A stretch of DNA of 64,000 nucleotides from Podarcis filfolensis (Eukaryota): NCBI GenBank assembly GCA_964270895.1, contig OZ185435.1; one strand, written 5' to 3'. The position numbers and the translations under genes are program-made. Position 1 is the first letter of the stretch, and every line of letters begins with the position of its first letter. The notes beneath the pieces are model-generated. The model was not told where the DNA came from. It made no database searches and was given only the letters and a program-made list of their open reading frames with translations. Positions 15,301 to 28,400 of this stretch are shown here, piece after piece.

Positions 15301-18300
15301 ACAGCCGAGACCTCTGGGGCCTTTGGTGGAAGTGGCACTACAAATGGATTTTTAGCCATTACAGGCTCAGATTCAAGAGGCTCCCCAACCCCATATTTGT
15401 TTACAGCCATGATGCGGAAGATATATTCGTTGCCTTCCAAAAGTTTAGTAACTTTGTAACTAAGGGTTTGTACATTGCCATCAACTAAAGTCCAGACTAA
15501 GCGGCTTGTTTCTCTTCTTTCAATTACATAATGTGAAATGTCGCTACCACCATCTTGCAACGGGGGTTTCCATGCCAGGTAACACTTTTCAGCAGTAACA
15601 CCTGTTACAACAACCGGACCTTCAGGTGGGCCAGGTTTGTCAAGAACCTTAACATGAACGGAAGCTGTCTTTTCACCTGCAGCATTCTTGGCCAGCAATA
15701 CATAATGCCCACTGTCAACGCGAATGGCTTCTTTGACGCTTAGGCTTGTGGCAAAGTCTGTCGTTTTTATATCCAAGCGTGCAGTATTCACTAGTTCCTT
15801 GTCGCCTTTTAGCCACTGAATAGAAGGCAGCGGCTTACCGTGAACGTCTGCGTCAATCTTGAACGATTCGCCAGCATGCAGTACAAGGGTTTCTTTAAAT
15901 TTGGGGTCCATACTTATGCGAGGTGGCTCTACTTCATCTCTTGCTGTGACTGCCCCCGAGCTTTCAGATGGCTCACTGAAAACTCCTGCAGCGTTGCGCG
16001 CAATGACACGGAACTCATACCTTTGATCTTCAACTAGGCCAGTTACTGCAAACTGGGTCTCAATAACATTCGTAAAGCTTGCTTTCATCCAGCGGCCTTC
16101 AGGTAGCTCCTTCTTCTCAACTATGTAGCCGGTGATCTTGCTTCCGCCATCATATGCTGGTTTCTTCCACTGAAGAGTAACAGAGTTCCTTGTGACGATG
16201 ATAGGCTCTGGACGACCAGGAGGATCACAAGGATCATAAGCTTTGTAGCATTCTGAACCTTTACTTGCTTTGCCGATACCAACTATATTTTCTGCATAAA
16301 CTCTGAATTCATATTCAAGGCCTTCCTCAAGTCCGGTTGTTTTAAAGTTAGTGTCAGGAATTGCCGCTTTGTTCAATTTAACCCAGAGTATGCTGTTTCT
16401 TTCCTTGCTCTCCAAATGATAACCAATAATCTTGCTGCCACCATCATTGACTGGTTCATTCCAGTGTACAACCATACTATCCCTGGAGACTTTTGGTACA
16501 AAAGGAGTTCCAGGAGGCCCAGGTAGTTTGTATGGATACTGGGCTACCACAGACTCTGATGTGAGATATGTACTCTTTCCATATCTGTTTTCAGCAGCAA
16601 TTCTGAATTGATATTCACTTCCAGTCTTTAATCTAGCTGCTTTTAGAGTTGTTCGGGCAACGGTAGCTGAAACAATCTGCCAAGCAGTAGTGGAGGTGTC
16701 TCGTTTTTCCACAATATAATTGTTGATAGAACTGCCACCATCATATTTGGGTGGTCCCCAGGAAATGGTAATATTGTCTGCAGTTACGTCTTCAATCTTC
16801 ACTGGTCCAGTTGGAGGTCCTGGCTTGTCAAGGACAACAATGTTAAGAATTTCAGTAGCTTCCCCAGCAGAGTTAGAAAGTTTTACTAAATATTGTCCAA
16901 CATCTTCTCTACATGCTTCTTTTATTGTTAGCAAAGTGTTGTTGTCTGTATTTTCTTCGTTTACTCTAGTAGTTTGTCTCAGTGGCACATCATCTTTGAG
17001 CCACGTTACAGATGGCTTGGGTCGACCAACAAATGGAACATCAACCTTTAAGTCTTCACCTGCTAGTACACTGAAGGTAGTGAATAACAGTTTGAAGGCT
17101 GGTGGTATCACAAGATCTTTCGCAATAACTGGTACACTCAATTGTCGAGGATCACTGATTCCTTTTTCATTCTGAGCTGAAACACGGAAAGAATATTCTT
17201 CACCCTGGATCAGTCCAGTTATAACAGCTTCAGTAACTTTTACAGTAGTGCATGTGGCCCATTTCTCACTGCCTTTGCTTTGCATTTCTACAATGTAGCC
17301 CAAAATTCTGCTTCCTCCATCATGTTCAGGTTTTTCCCAAGACAAAGAGACACTCTTTCGTGTCACATCTAATATAGTTATTTTTCCTGGAGGAAGAGGC
17401 CTTTCAGATGCCTTAATAGAGTCTGATGTTTCAACAGGAAGCCCTATTCCATATTCATTTTCAGCTAGAACTCTGAAATAATAGTTGCAACCTTCCTGTA
17501 GATTGTCCACTTTCCAGCTGGTCTTATGGCAATTGGCCATAACTGTTGAATATGCTTTTCTTGTTGCCTCACGTTTTTCAATAATATAATTTTTAATTTT
17601 AGAGCCACCATCTATGAGGGGAGGGTCCCACGTGAGAGTCACAGATGACTTTGTAACCTCTTTTATCTTCAGATTCTGTGGGGCGCCAGGTGTATCAAGA
17701 ACCCTTACAATTACAAATGCTGATTTACTGCCTGAGCTGTTTTCTACAGTCAGTATATATTTGCCACTGTCAAATCTATTCACATTTCCAACTGTAAGTA
17801 GTGTATAAGAGCTTGTGGATTCAATAGTGGCTTTGTCTAAAGACTCTCCATGTTCTCTTGACCATTTCACTTCAGGCACTGGTCTTCCTTTAATTGGGAC
17901 GAAGAGTCTTAAAGTACAGCAAGCTCTGAGGGTCACAACTTTACGTAGGTCTGCATCAAGTTCAATCTCAGGAGGCAGTACCCTTTCTTCAGCTTTTGGT
18001 GTCCCAGGAACAAGAGCAGGCTCTCCAATGCCTTCAGAGTTCATAGCATATATTCTGATTTTATATTCCTGATTTTCTTTTAGATTAGTGATGGTAAAGG
18101 AAGTCGCCTTCAGCCCTGCTGGTGGAGTTACAATTTTCCACTCATCTTCGTCAGGTAATGCTGTTTCAACCATGTAGCCTGTGATTTCTGAGCCACCATC
18201 ATATATTGGCTTATTCCAAGCAATTGTAATTGAGGACTTGCTTGTGTCTAATACACGAGGATTACCTGGTGGACCTGGCTTAAATACAGTATCAGCAGCT

Positions 18301-21300
18301 TTGTAGAATGGACTGCTTAGACTTGGTTCACTTACACCAGCAGCGTTTTCAGCTTTCACTCGGTATTCATATTCATGACCTTCTGTGAGTCCAGATACTT
18401 TATAGCGCAAATCTGTGACAACCCGCTTGTTACATTTCACCCAGCGTAGTCCAGCCCTGTCACGACGTTCTACAATATAATTGATTATAGGGCTTCCACC
18501 ATCAGAATCAGGGTGTCCCCAGCACACAATCATAGAATCTTTGGTTGCAGCTGTAACTTCAGGTGTCTTCGGTGGATCAGGTACTACATAAGGATTTACT
18601 GCAAGAACAGGCTCTGATTCCAGGGCTTCGCCAAGGCCATATTTGTTAACAGCCATAACACGGAAGATATATTCATTGCCTTTCAATAGCTTTGTGACCT
18701 TTAATTTTGTTACTGGAACTTCTGTGGCTACAGTTGTCCATGCCAATCTGCTAGTTTCACGTTTCTCAACAACATAATGGTCAATACTTGCGCCTCCATC
18801 ATCCAAAGGTGGTAACCATGACAGGACACATTTTTCTATGGTAACATCAGACACAGCCAAAGGCCCTTCTGGAGGACCAGGTCTGTCTAGTACTTTGACA
18901 TTGAAAATATGTTTTGCAAAGCCACCTGGATTGGAGGCTGTAAGTGTGTAGGCACCTCCATCTCTTCTTATAGAGTCCTTATTATGAAGAACAGTTGAGA
19001 AATCAGCTATTTTAATTTCTAATTTTGCTGTGTCTTCAAGCTCCTTTCCTTCTTTCGTCCATGTCAGAGTTGGTGGAGGGCGACCTGAAACGTCAGCTTC
19101 AAGTTTGAAAATTTCGCCTGCTTTTAATATCACAGTGTCTTTGTATTTAGCATCAACCATGATCCTTGGTGCTTCAATCTCATCTCTGCACGTTATTGCA
19201 TCTGATGGTTCGGATGGGTGGCTAACAGCACCAGCCGCATTTCTAGCAATCACACGGAATTCATAAGCAGCATCTTCTGTGAGACCACTAACAGTGAACT
19301 CAGTTTCTAGTATATTGCCGAAGTTAGCCTTTAGCCATCGGCCATTAGGAAGATCTCTTTTTTCAACAGTATAGCCAGTTATCTTAAAACCTCCATTATA
19401 TTCAGGTTTTTTCCACTTAAGTGCTACTGCATGTCTTGTAATATTGAGAGGAACTGGCTTCCCAGGAGGATCAATAGGGTCCAGGGCCAATGCTGGCTCA
19501 GATGGCTTGCTTGGTTTACTCTTGCCTGCCATATTTTCTGCTATGACTCGGAATTCGTAGGCAAGGCCAGATGTAAGACCACTTGATTTGAAGGTATTTA
19601 CTGATATCAAAGCTTTACTTACGGTCTGCCAAAGAATGCTATTTCGTTCTTTTTGTTCAACGTGATATCCCAAAATGGGGCTTCCTCCATCTGTCAGAGG
19701 CTCATGCCAGCTAATGCTAATTGCATCTTTTGTGACTGCAATCACTTGAGGAGTGCCTGGAGGTCCAGGAACTTTAAAAGGATAGTTAGCAATTACATTC
19801 TCTGAACTGATAGATGGTCCTGAACCATATCTGTTCTGAGCTTTAACACGGAATTGGTACTCTGTCCCAGTAGTGAGGCGAGCAGCTTTAAAAGTAGTAC
19901 GTATAACAGTGGTTGCTAACTCAGCCCATGCAGTACTGTCGGTTTTACGCATTTCTACAACATAGTTACTTATTGGCACCCCTCCATCATTCAGTGGAGG
20001 TTCCCATGAGAAGGTGACATAGTCGGATGAAACTTCTTCAAATTTGATTGGCCCTGTGGGAGGTCCAGGAACATCATGCACCTGTATAGTTATAACATCG
20101 CTAACTTCACCAACAATATTTTTAGCTGAGATTGGGTATCTGCCGCTATCGTTTCTAGTGCATTCATTAATGGTTAAGATGGTTGCAGAAGCAGTGTGTT
20201 CAAAGTTTACTCTTTGAGTTTGTTTAATTAACTGGTCTTCTTTTTTCCAAGTAATAGTTGGCCTTGGGCGACCAAGCACAGGTATTTCAACTTTGATATT
20301 GTCACCAGCTCTGGCAATTACTGTTTTCTGGTAAATGCCACGCAAATCAAATTCTGGAAGCATCATTTGCTCTTTAACGACAACTGGTCTGCTTTCTCTT
20401 GGATCACTTCTTCCAGCACTATTAACTGCCATAACCTGAAAAGTATATTCTTCATTTTCAGTCAGATTCTTTACCACACATTCTAATGTTTTCACAGTTG
20501 TGATATGTGTCCACTGAGTTGAACCTTTTTTCTGGGCTTCAATAACATAGCCAGTAATCTTGCTACCACCATCATGTTCGGGCTTTGGCCAAGCAAGGCT
20601 GACTGTCTTCCTTGTGATATCCATGATATTAAGGCTCTCTGGTGGTGATGGTGCCTCTGACGCCCTTACAGGTTCAGCAGTTTCGGCAGGTTCACCAATT
20701 CCAAATTCGTTTTCAGCAAATACTCTGAAGTAATATTCACACCCTTCGGCCAAATTAGGAATCCTAAGTGAACATTTTGGGCACTTAGTTGTGATGGTTG
20801 AATATGCCTTTCGTGTTGACTCACGTTTTTCAACTATATAATTTGTTATGCGTGAACCACCATCAATTAGAGGCATATCCCATTGTAGGGTGATGGTATC
20901 TTTAGATATGTCTCTGGGCTTGAGATTTATTGGTGGCCCTGGTGTATCCAAGACTTTTACATTTACAAAACCAGTCTTCTTGCCAGCAGCATTTTCAAGG
21001 GTCATGACATACTTTCCTGCATCATATCTATTGCATTCTGTGACAATGAGAAGTGTGAAAGAGTCTGTATTTTCAATACTGGCACGTCCTTTAAGTGAAA
21101 TATCATCCTTGGTCCATGTGATTTCAGGAACTGGGCGCCCTTTAATTGGAACAAATACCCGAATCGTCAGTCCAGCTCTAACAACAAGAGTTTTCCTCAG
21201 CTCGGCGTCTAATTCAAAATCAGGAACTACTTCACGTTCCCTGATTTCAACATCTTTTATCGTTGCTGGTTCACCAGCGCCTGCGGCATTGAGGGCAATA

Positions 21301-24300
21301 ATTCTAAAATTGTATTTGGCTCCTGGCTGGAGATTAGCAACCACAAATTCTGTGATTCTTAGAGCAGTCCCCGTGGTATCTTTCACCCATGTGTCTTCTC
21401 CTTCTTTTTGGTGCTCCACAATATAGCCGATTATATCAAGTCCGCCATCATAGTGAGGTTTACCCCATGCTAGGCTAGCAGTTGTCTTTGTTGTATCAGT
21501 TACTCGTGGGTTGGAAGGAGGTCCCGGTGGATCTATAAATAATGAAAAAAGGCAACAAATTTTATTTGATTGGAATCCTTATAGATAATCATGCTATAAA
21601 GGGATCCCCCCCCCAAAGTATAGAAATCATACTAACATGCAGCATCCTTGGTTAATACTGGTTGAGAAATATCACTTGGTGGCCCAATTCCTGCCCTGTT
21701 TTCTGCACTGACACGGAATTCATATTCATTTCCTTCTAGGAGTCCAGTCACTTTGCATCGAAGGTCTGATACTGGTTTCTTTGTAACTCTGACCCATCTC
21801 ACGCCTTTTCTTTCTCTTCTTTCCACATGGTAGCCTGTGATTTCGCTGCCACCGTCATCAGTTGGCCTTTTCCAGGTTACAGTAACAGTGTTTTTCGTAA
21901 TATTTGATACTTCTGGTTTACCAGGTGGACCAGGAGGCCCTAAAAGGAGGAAAATAGGTTTTGTTAAACACATAAATGTTTTTTTATATATACAGCAGTA
22001 AATTCATATACCTTTTGACTAGTTTTGCTTACCAAATCTATCCACCATTTTAACTGGCTCTGATTGAGATGGTTCTCCTTTGCCATACTGATTCACAGCA
22101 GAAACACGGAAAAGGTACTCATTTCCTTGAATAAGCTTAGTCACAACATGCCTACAAGACTGAATGTCTTCAGCAACTTGGGTCCATAGAAGGCGGCTAG
22201 TTTCTCTCTTTTCAAGTACATAAGACTTGATTGGTGACCCGCCATCTTCTGTTGGGGGTGTCCATGTGAGAGTAGCCTTTTCAGCTGAAACATTGCTCAC
22301 TTCAACTGGTCCAGGTGGGCCTGGTACATCTAAAACTTTTACATGTACGTGTTCTTCTTTAGTACCAAAAGGATTGGTTGCAGTGATCGTATATTCACCA
22401 GAATCTTTTCTAGCGGCATACTTGACAGAAAGCGTGGAAGAAGTTGGAGTTGATTCAATATGGACAGTCTCTGAAAGCTTGAAATCTTTGCCTCCTTTAG
22501 ACCACACTGAAGTTGGAAGTGGCTTGCCACGGATGCTAATAGCAGACATTGAGATGGTGTCTCCTGCCTTAACAGTCAGGCCTTCTTTGACAGTAGGATC
22601 AATAACAATAGTTGGTGCCTCTGTAAAAGAGAATTAATATGTTAGGAAAGAAGATAAAGGTAAAGGGACCCCTGACCATTAGGTCCAGTCGTGACCGACT
22701 CTGGGGTTACGGCGCTCATCTCACTTTACTGGCCGAGGGAGCCGGCGTACAGCTTCAGGGTCATGTGGCCAGCATGACTAAGCCGCTTCTGGAGAACCAG
22801 AGCAGCGCACGGAAACGCTGTTTACCTTCCCGCAGGAGCGGTACCTATTTATCTACTTGCACTTTGATGTGCTTTCGAACTGCTAGGTTGGCAGGAGCTG
22901 GGACTGAGTAACGGGAGCTCACCCCGTCGCGGGGATTCGAACCGCCGACCTTCTGATCGGCAAGTCCTAGGCTCTGTGGTTTAACCCACAGTGCCACCCG
23001 CATCTCTTTTAGGAAAGAAGATACTTAAAACATTAAAAACTGGTGTGTGCCTTTACAGGGAATACGTACCATACTCATCCTTGCATATAATGGCTCCAGT
23101 AGATTCTGATGGAGGACTAATAGCACCAGCGGTATTCTTAGCTCTAATCCTGAATTCATATTTAGATCCTTCAAACAGGTCAGTTACTGTATATGCACAT
23201 TCCTGAACATTCACATGGTTTGCCTTCATCCAAGTCTTTGAAGGTAGATCACGTTTCTCCACTATGTAGCCAATTAATTTATGTCCACCATCGTATTTTG
23301 GTTCTGTCCAGATCAGAGTCACTGAGTTTCTAGTCACACTGATCACTTCAGGCTTCCCAGGAGGATCTGAAAACAACAGAATACAGAAGTAGTAAAAGTG
23401 TATATCACAGTTTTCTAACACATGAAGACATATCTCTTTACTTTGGAAAGCTTACCAATTGGATCAAGGGCTACAATTGGCTCAGAAGGCAGACTTGGTT
23501 TACCAACTCCAGCAAGATTAATTGCCATCACTCTGAATTCATATTCCAAACCTTCCGTTAACCCTGTCACTCTGAAGTCTCTCATCTTTAGTGGGGTCTT
23601 GTTTGCTCGCTTCCACAAAATACTATTTCTTTCTTTATATTCAAGGTGGTAACCTACAGAAGCATACAAACACAGGAAACACATGCTTAGTATTTCAAAA
23701 GGTAAACAAAAATGGGGGTGGATAGGAACCAACTTTTTTATTTTGCAAAAGCATCCTTGCCTGATATCTCTGAGCAGTTTCTGTCACCATCGCAGGACAT
23801 CAGGCAACTGGCTACTTAACAAGCTTTGCAGTACAATCCTGAGGTGGCGGCAGTGAAATATGAAGACAGTTCCACTGCCTTATCCATTGCAATGCCAGGC
23901 TTAAGCCAGCAGGGCAGAGGAACACTCTACACTCTTTTGTCACTTGTATTTCCCCCTCCTGTTGGAAATGTGGCTCAATATCACCCTGATTTGTGGCACT
24001 GGAAGGCTTTGAATCTAAGCTGCTTCTCAACATGCCCCCCTCGGGCCTTACAGACACCAGAGCCTTGACGTTAGTTGGGTCTGGACATTGCAAAAGCTGG
24101 TGGAGGGTAGGCACATGTGTTACATCATGACTGGCATTTGTGATCCTAGGATTTAACACCCTGGGGAATCTTATGCAAAATTAAATGCCAAAAGAAATAC
24201 CTGTGATAGGTGAGCCACCTGTCTTTTTGGGGTCTGTCCATGTTAAATAGGCAGAATCACGCCTAATCTCAACAATTTTGGGTGGTGGTGGAGCATCGGG

Positions 24301-25357
24301 AACATCTAGAAATATAATAAATATAAGAGAGAATTAGACTGAACCTTAAATGACAGAATGCTTCACAACAAACATTTTTTTTTTTGTGCTTACCAAATGG
24401 ATGCCTTGCGATTATTGGGTCAGATTTAAGACCTTCGCCCACTCCATATTTATTTTCAGCACTGATTCTGAAAGTATATTCACTGCCTTCATGAAGTCTT
24501 GTGACTCTGAAGGTAGTTTTCTGCACAGCAGACACACATGTGACCCATTTATTATTCACATTGTCTCTCTTCTCAATAATGTAGTTAGTGATTTCTGAAC
24601 CACCATCATCTTTGGGGGGAGCCCATTTTAATGTCATGGCATCAGCTGTGACTTCATCAAATTTCACAGGTCCTGTTGGGATTCCAGGTTTGCCAACAAC
24701 CTTCACAGAAATAGTCGCTTCTTTACTGCCAGCAATGTTCTTCAGTTTGATTGTATATTTCCCAGCATCATCTTTATGACAATCACGTACAAGGAGTGAG
24801 GTGTTAACTGCTGTAGCTTCAAATGCAACTCTTCCTGACTCAGTAAGAGCCAGGTCTTCCCCTTTTTTCCATGTCACCGTTGGTGCTGGTTTGCCTTTAA
24901 TAGGGATTTTCAGGCGGAAACTGCTTCCTTCTCTAGCTAAATAGCACAAGCCTGGCAGGTCTTTTAAATCAAGATCAGGTGCCACTGGAAGACAAAAAGG
25001 TATTGAATGATTGTACATTTCCGAGCACAATTCAAAGTGTTGGTGCTGACCTTTAAAGCCCTAAACGGCCTCAGTCCAGTATACCTGAAGGAGTGTCTCC
25101 ACCTCCATCGTTCAGCCCGGACACTGAGGTCCAGCGCCGAGGGCCTTCTCGGTAGTGGTGCCCGCCCTGTGGAACGCCCTCCCACCAGATGTCAAAGAGA
25201 AAAATAACTACCAAACTTTTAGAAGACATCTAAAGGCAGCCCTGTTTAGGGAAGCTTTTAATGTTTAATAGGTTATTGTATTTTAGTGTTTTGTTGGAAG
25301 CCGCCCAGAGTGGCTGGGGGGACCCAGCCAGATGAGTGGGGTATAAATAATAAATTA

Positions 25358-25406
<49 letters not shown>

Positions 25407-28400
25407 GTATGTTCAGTGCAGTGAATACAGTTGCTTCATTTCAGTAACTTCTGTTCTGTAAAAGAACGAAAGGTTTTGTGACACCTCTGCTATTTTTGCT
25501 TTATTAGACTGGCATGGCTATCTCATGGGGTAGTTCTATCGTTCACTATACTGACATATGCAGTGTGCTCTGTGAACGAGAAAATGTATGAATCTACTCA
25601 CCTATATCGTCCCTTGCCAGCACTGTAATTTCATTAGGTGTTCCATACCCAGCTTCATTTTGTGCTTTCACTCTGAAGGTATATTCTTTGCCTTCTGTTA
25701 AGTCTCTTGTTGAATACTGGAGATTCTTTGACCTCATAACTTCCTGCCACTGATTTTCACCAGTCATAAGTTCAACGATATATGCATTAATGCGGCTTCC
25801 ACCATCGCTAATGGGCTTTTTCCACGATACATTGCAGGATGACTTTGTCACAGCCAAAGCCTTTAAGTCCACAACAGGTCCAGGTGTTTCTAGCAGGGAG
25901 AAAAGAATATAATGATGAACAAATCGCTAACATAAAGTTAGATGCACAAGAGCCTTTTAACAATAGCCTGATAGGGTAATCATGTGAATATTCTCACCAG
26001 AAGCTTTAACCGCATCCCGAGTTTCACAGGGGTCGCCAATGCCATATTCATTTTCAGCAAAAACCCTGAAGAAGTAAGATTTGCCTTCCTCCAAGTTAGA
26101 GATCCTGAAACTTGTTTTCGGACACTCTGTGGCTACTGTAGACCACGACTTTCTCTCTGCATCACGTTTTTCAACCACATAGTTCTTCACTGGACTCCCG
26201 CCATCAATTATAGGAGGTTCCCATGAAATAAAGGCAGAATCTTTAGATGCTTCTTTTACAATCAGATTAATAGGTGGCCCAGGAGTATCTGTACAGATGC
26301 AAATAAACCATTTCAGTTAATGACTAAAATATATAAAATAAAACATGTGTGGATAGTTAAGACAATAATAGGCAATCATGTAGCACTTACCAAGTACTTT
26401 TACAACCATTGTGTATGCTTTTTTGCCACAGACGTTCTCCAAACTCAGGACATACTTTCCAGAATCGTATTTGTTTACATTTTCACAGCGCAGGAAAGTG
26501 TCAAAGTCAGTTGATTTGATATCTAGTCCTTGCCTGTCTCTTATGTTGGCATCCACTTTAGACCAAGAAATCTTGGGAGGTGGACGGCCTCTCACTGGCA
26601 CATAAATCCTCATTGTGACTCCAGCACGTAATACCAGAACTTTCCTCAATTCAGCATCAAGCTCTCCCTCAGGTGGAACTGCATTGTAAATAAAAATGGA
26701 TGTCAAATAAATTGCTGATGATAACAATTTAAAATATAATTTAAAAAATCGGTGTCAGTGGCTGAGGCAGGATGGGAATGGAAAGGAAAGAGAGAGAAAA
26801 TACAAAGGAATGATGTTAGGGGGAATAAAGCTCAGACTTCCTTTTTTCTTTTTTAGAAAAAGCAAGTGGATGAGTAAAAGAGAGGAAATCTCTCTAAATG
26901 TTACTCTAATCTTCCTTCCCTTTGCTAGTTTTTATGCCACCCAGCCAGACACCAGTGGTTTCTCATATTCTTCTCTCTCCCTTTGTTTTGAGAGGAATCC
27001 ACTCTACACTTTCAGTCAAGTTGCGGTCCCTACTTTTCTACAACTATCTAGGAGCTTCCCATTGGGAAAGTGTGCTTGCCTTGCACTCAAAACATGATAC
27101 CATTGCATTATTATTCAGAAGGAGGACATTGTTTTCTTTCACACAAGACAGAGAAGGAGCAAGTGGGTTTCTAGGTAGAGGAAAATGTACAACAATGATA
27201 GTGCAGCTGGAAAGAAAAGCTGAGGATTCCATTCTCAAGAAAATTTTAGAAACAGAGCAGAATGAGGAGCATGTGGGTAGATTGTGGTTTTTAACAACTG
27301 AGGGAATAGTGGTTTAAAGACTAGGCATATGTGAGTTCATGAAAGAGTTCAGCACAGAGCCCCTAGTTTCTCATAGGCCCTCCACTAAACCTTCTATACC
27401 GATACCCACAATAAGCACAAAAGTCAACAAGTCAGTTTCTTTCCAGGACAACTTACTTAAAATGTCCTTGGCAAGGTGCTTGTCTGGCACATCGCTTGGG
27501 TCGCTATATCCAATCTTATTGACAGCATAAATACGGAACTGGTATTCTGTGTTCTCCGTGAGTCCAGTCACAACGTAACGGGTATCTGGCAAATTCCTTG
27601 GCAAATTGCACCGGACCCAGTTATCTGTATCTGCTCGTTTTACTTCAACAAGGTAGCCAATAATGGGGCTTCCACCATCATATGCTGGTTTGGTCCAAGA
27701 CAGGGTTATAGAGCTACGGGTGGTGTCAATCACTTTTGGGAACGCTGGTGGGCCAGGAGGATCTGAGAATGAAAGCACCAAGAAATCACACAATTATGAT
27801 CTGGCAAACCCATTTGCACACAGAAAGTCACAGAAGACCGAAAAATGTGCTTGTGTTCAACTTACACTGAGGATCACGTGCATATACTGCTTTAGATACT
27901 CCGCTAGGTTTGCCGGGTCCAGCTTTATTCAGTGCAGTTACCCTATACTCATATTCTGTTCCTTCCTGGAGTCCAGTGGCCTTTATGGTTCTTTCAATGA
28001 CGGGCTTTCTATTCACTTTTGTCCAGTTAACTGCCCTCGTTTCACGTTTTTCAACAATATATCCAGTTACAGGGGAGCCTCCATCATCAGCAGGTGCTTT
28101 CCAGCTTACCGACATGAAATCTTTTGTTATGTTACTAATTATAGGTGGTTCACATGGTCCAGGCACATCTATAAATAATAATTTGAAATGTTCTTAAGCA
28201 AATGTTAAAACACAGATTGACACTAAATGGGTAGAAAAATCCAGTGAGAGAAGCTTACCATATGGATTCTTAGCCACTGCTGAGTCAGTCAAAATTGGGT
28301 CACCTACTCCATATTTGTTTTCAGCACAAATGCGGAATTGGTACTCATGTCCTTCAATTAGTTTCTCAACGCTGCAGCTAGTGATGGGGACATTGGCGGT

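Noticed and set aside
4678-21426. Many plus-strand ORFs of 60-205 aa opposite the giant exon, and others opposite smaller exons
   Set aside because: They recur at matching positions of each super-repeat and read as reverse-complement codons of titin (GGPG, SSF, TL motifs). They are antisense shadows, not genes.
21533-21542. MEF2-like CTATAAATAA (also at 28169)
   Set aside because: Both coincide with the reverse complement of AT-rich splice acceptors, which explains them.
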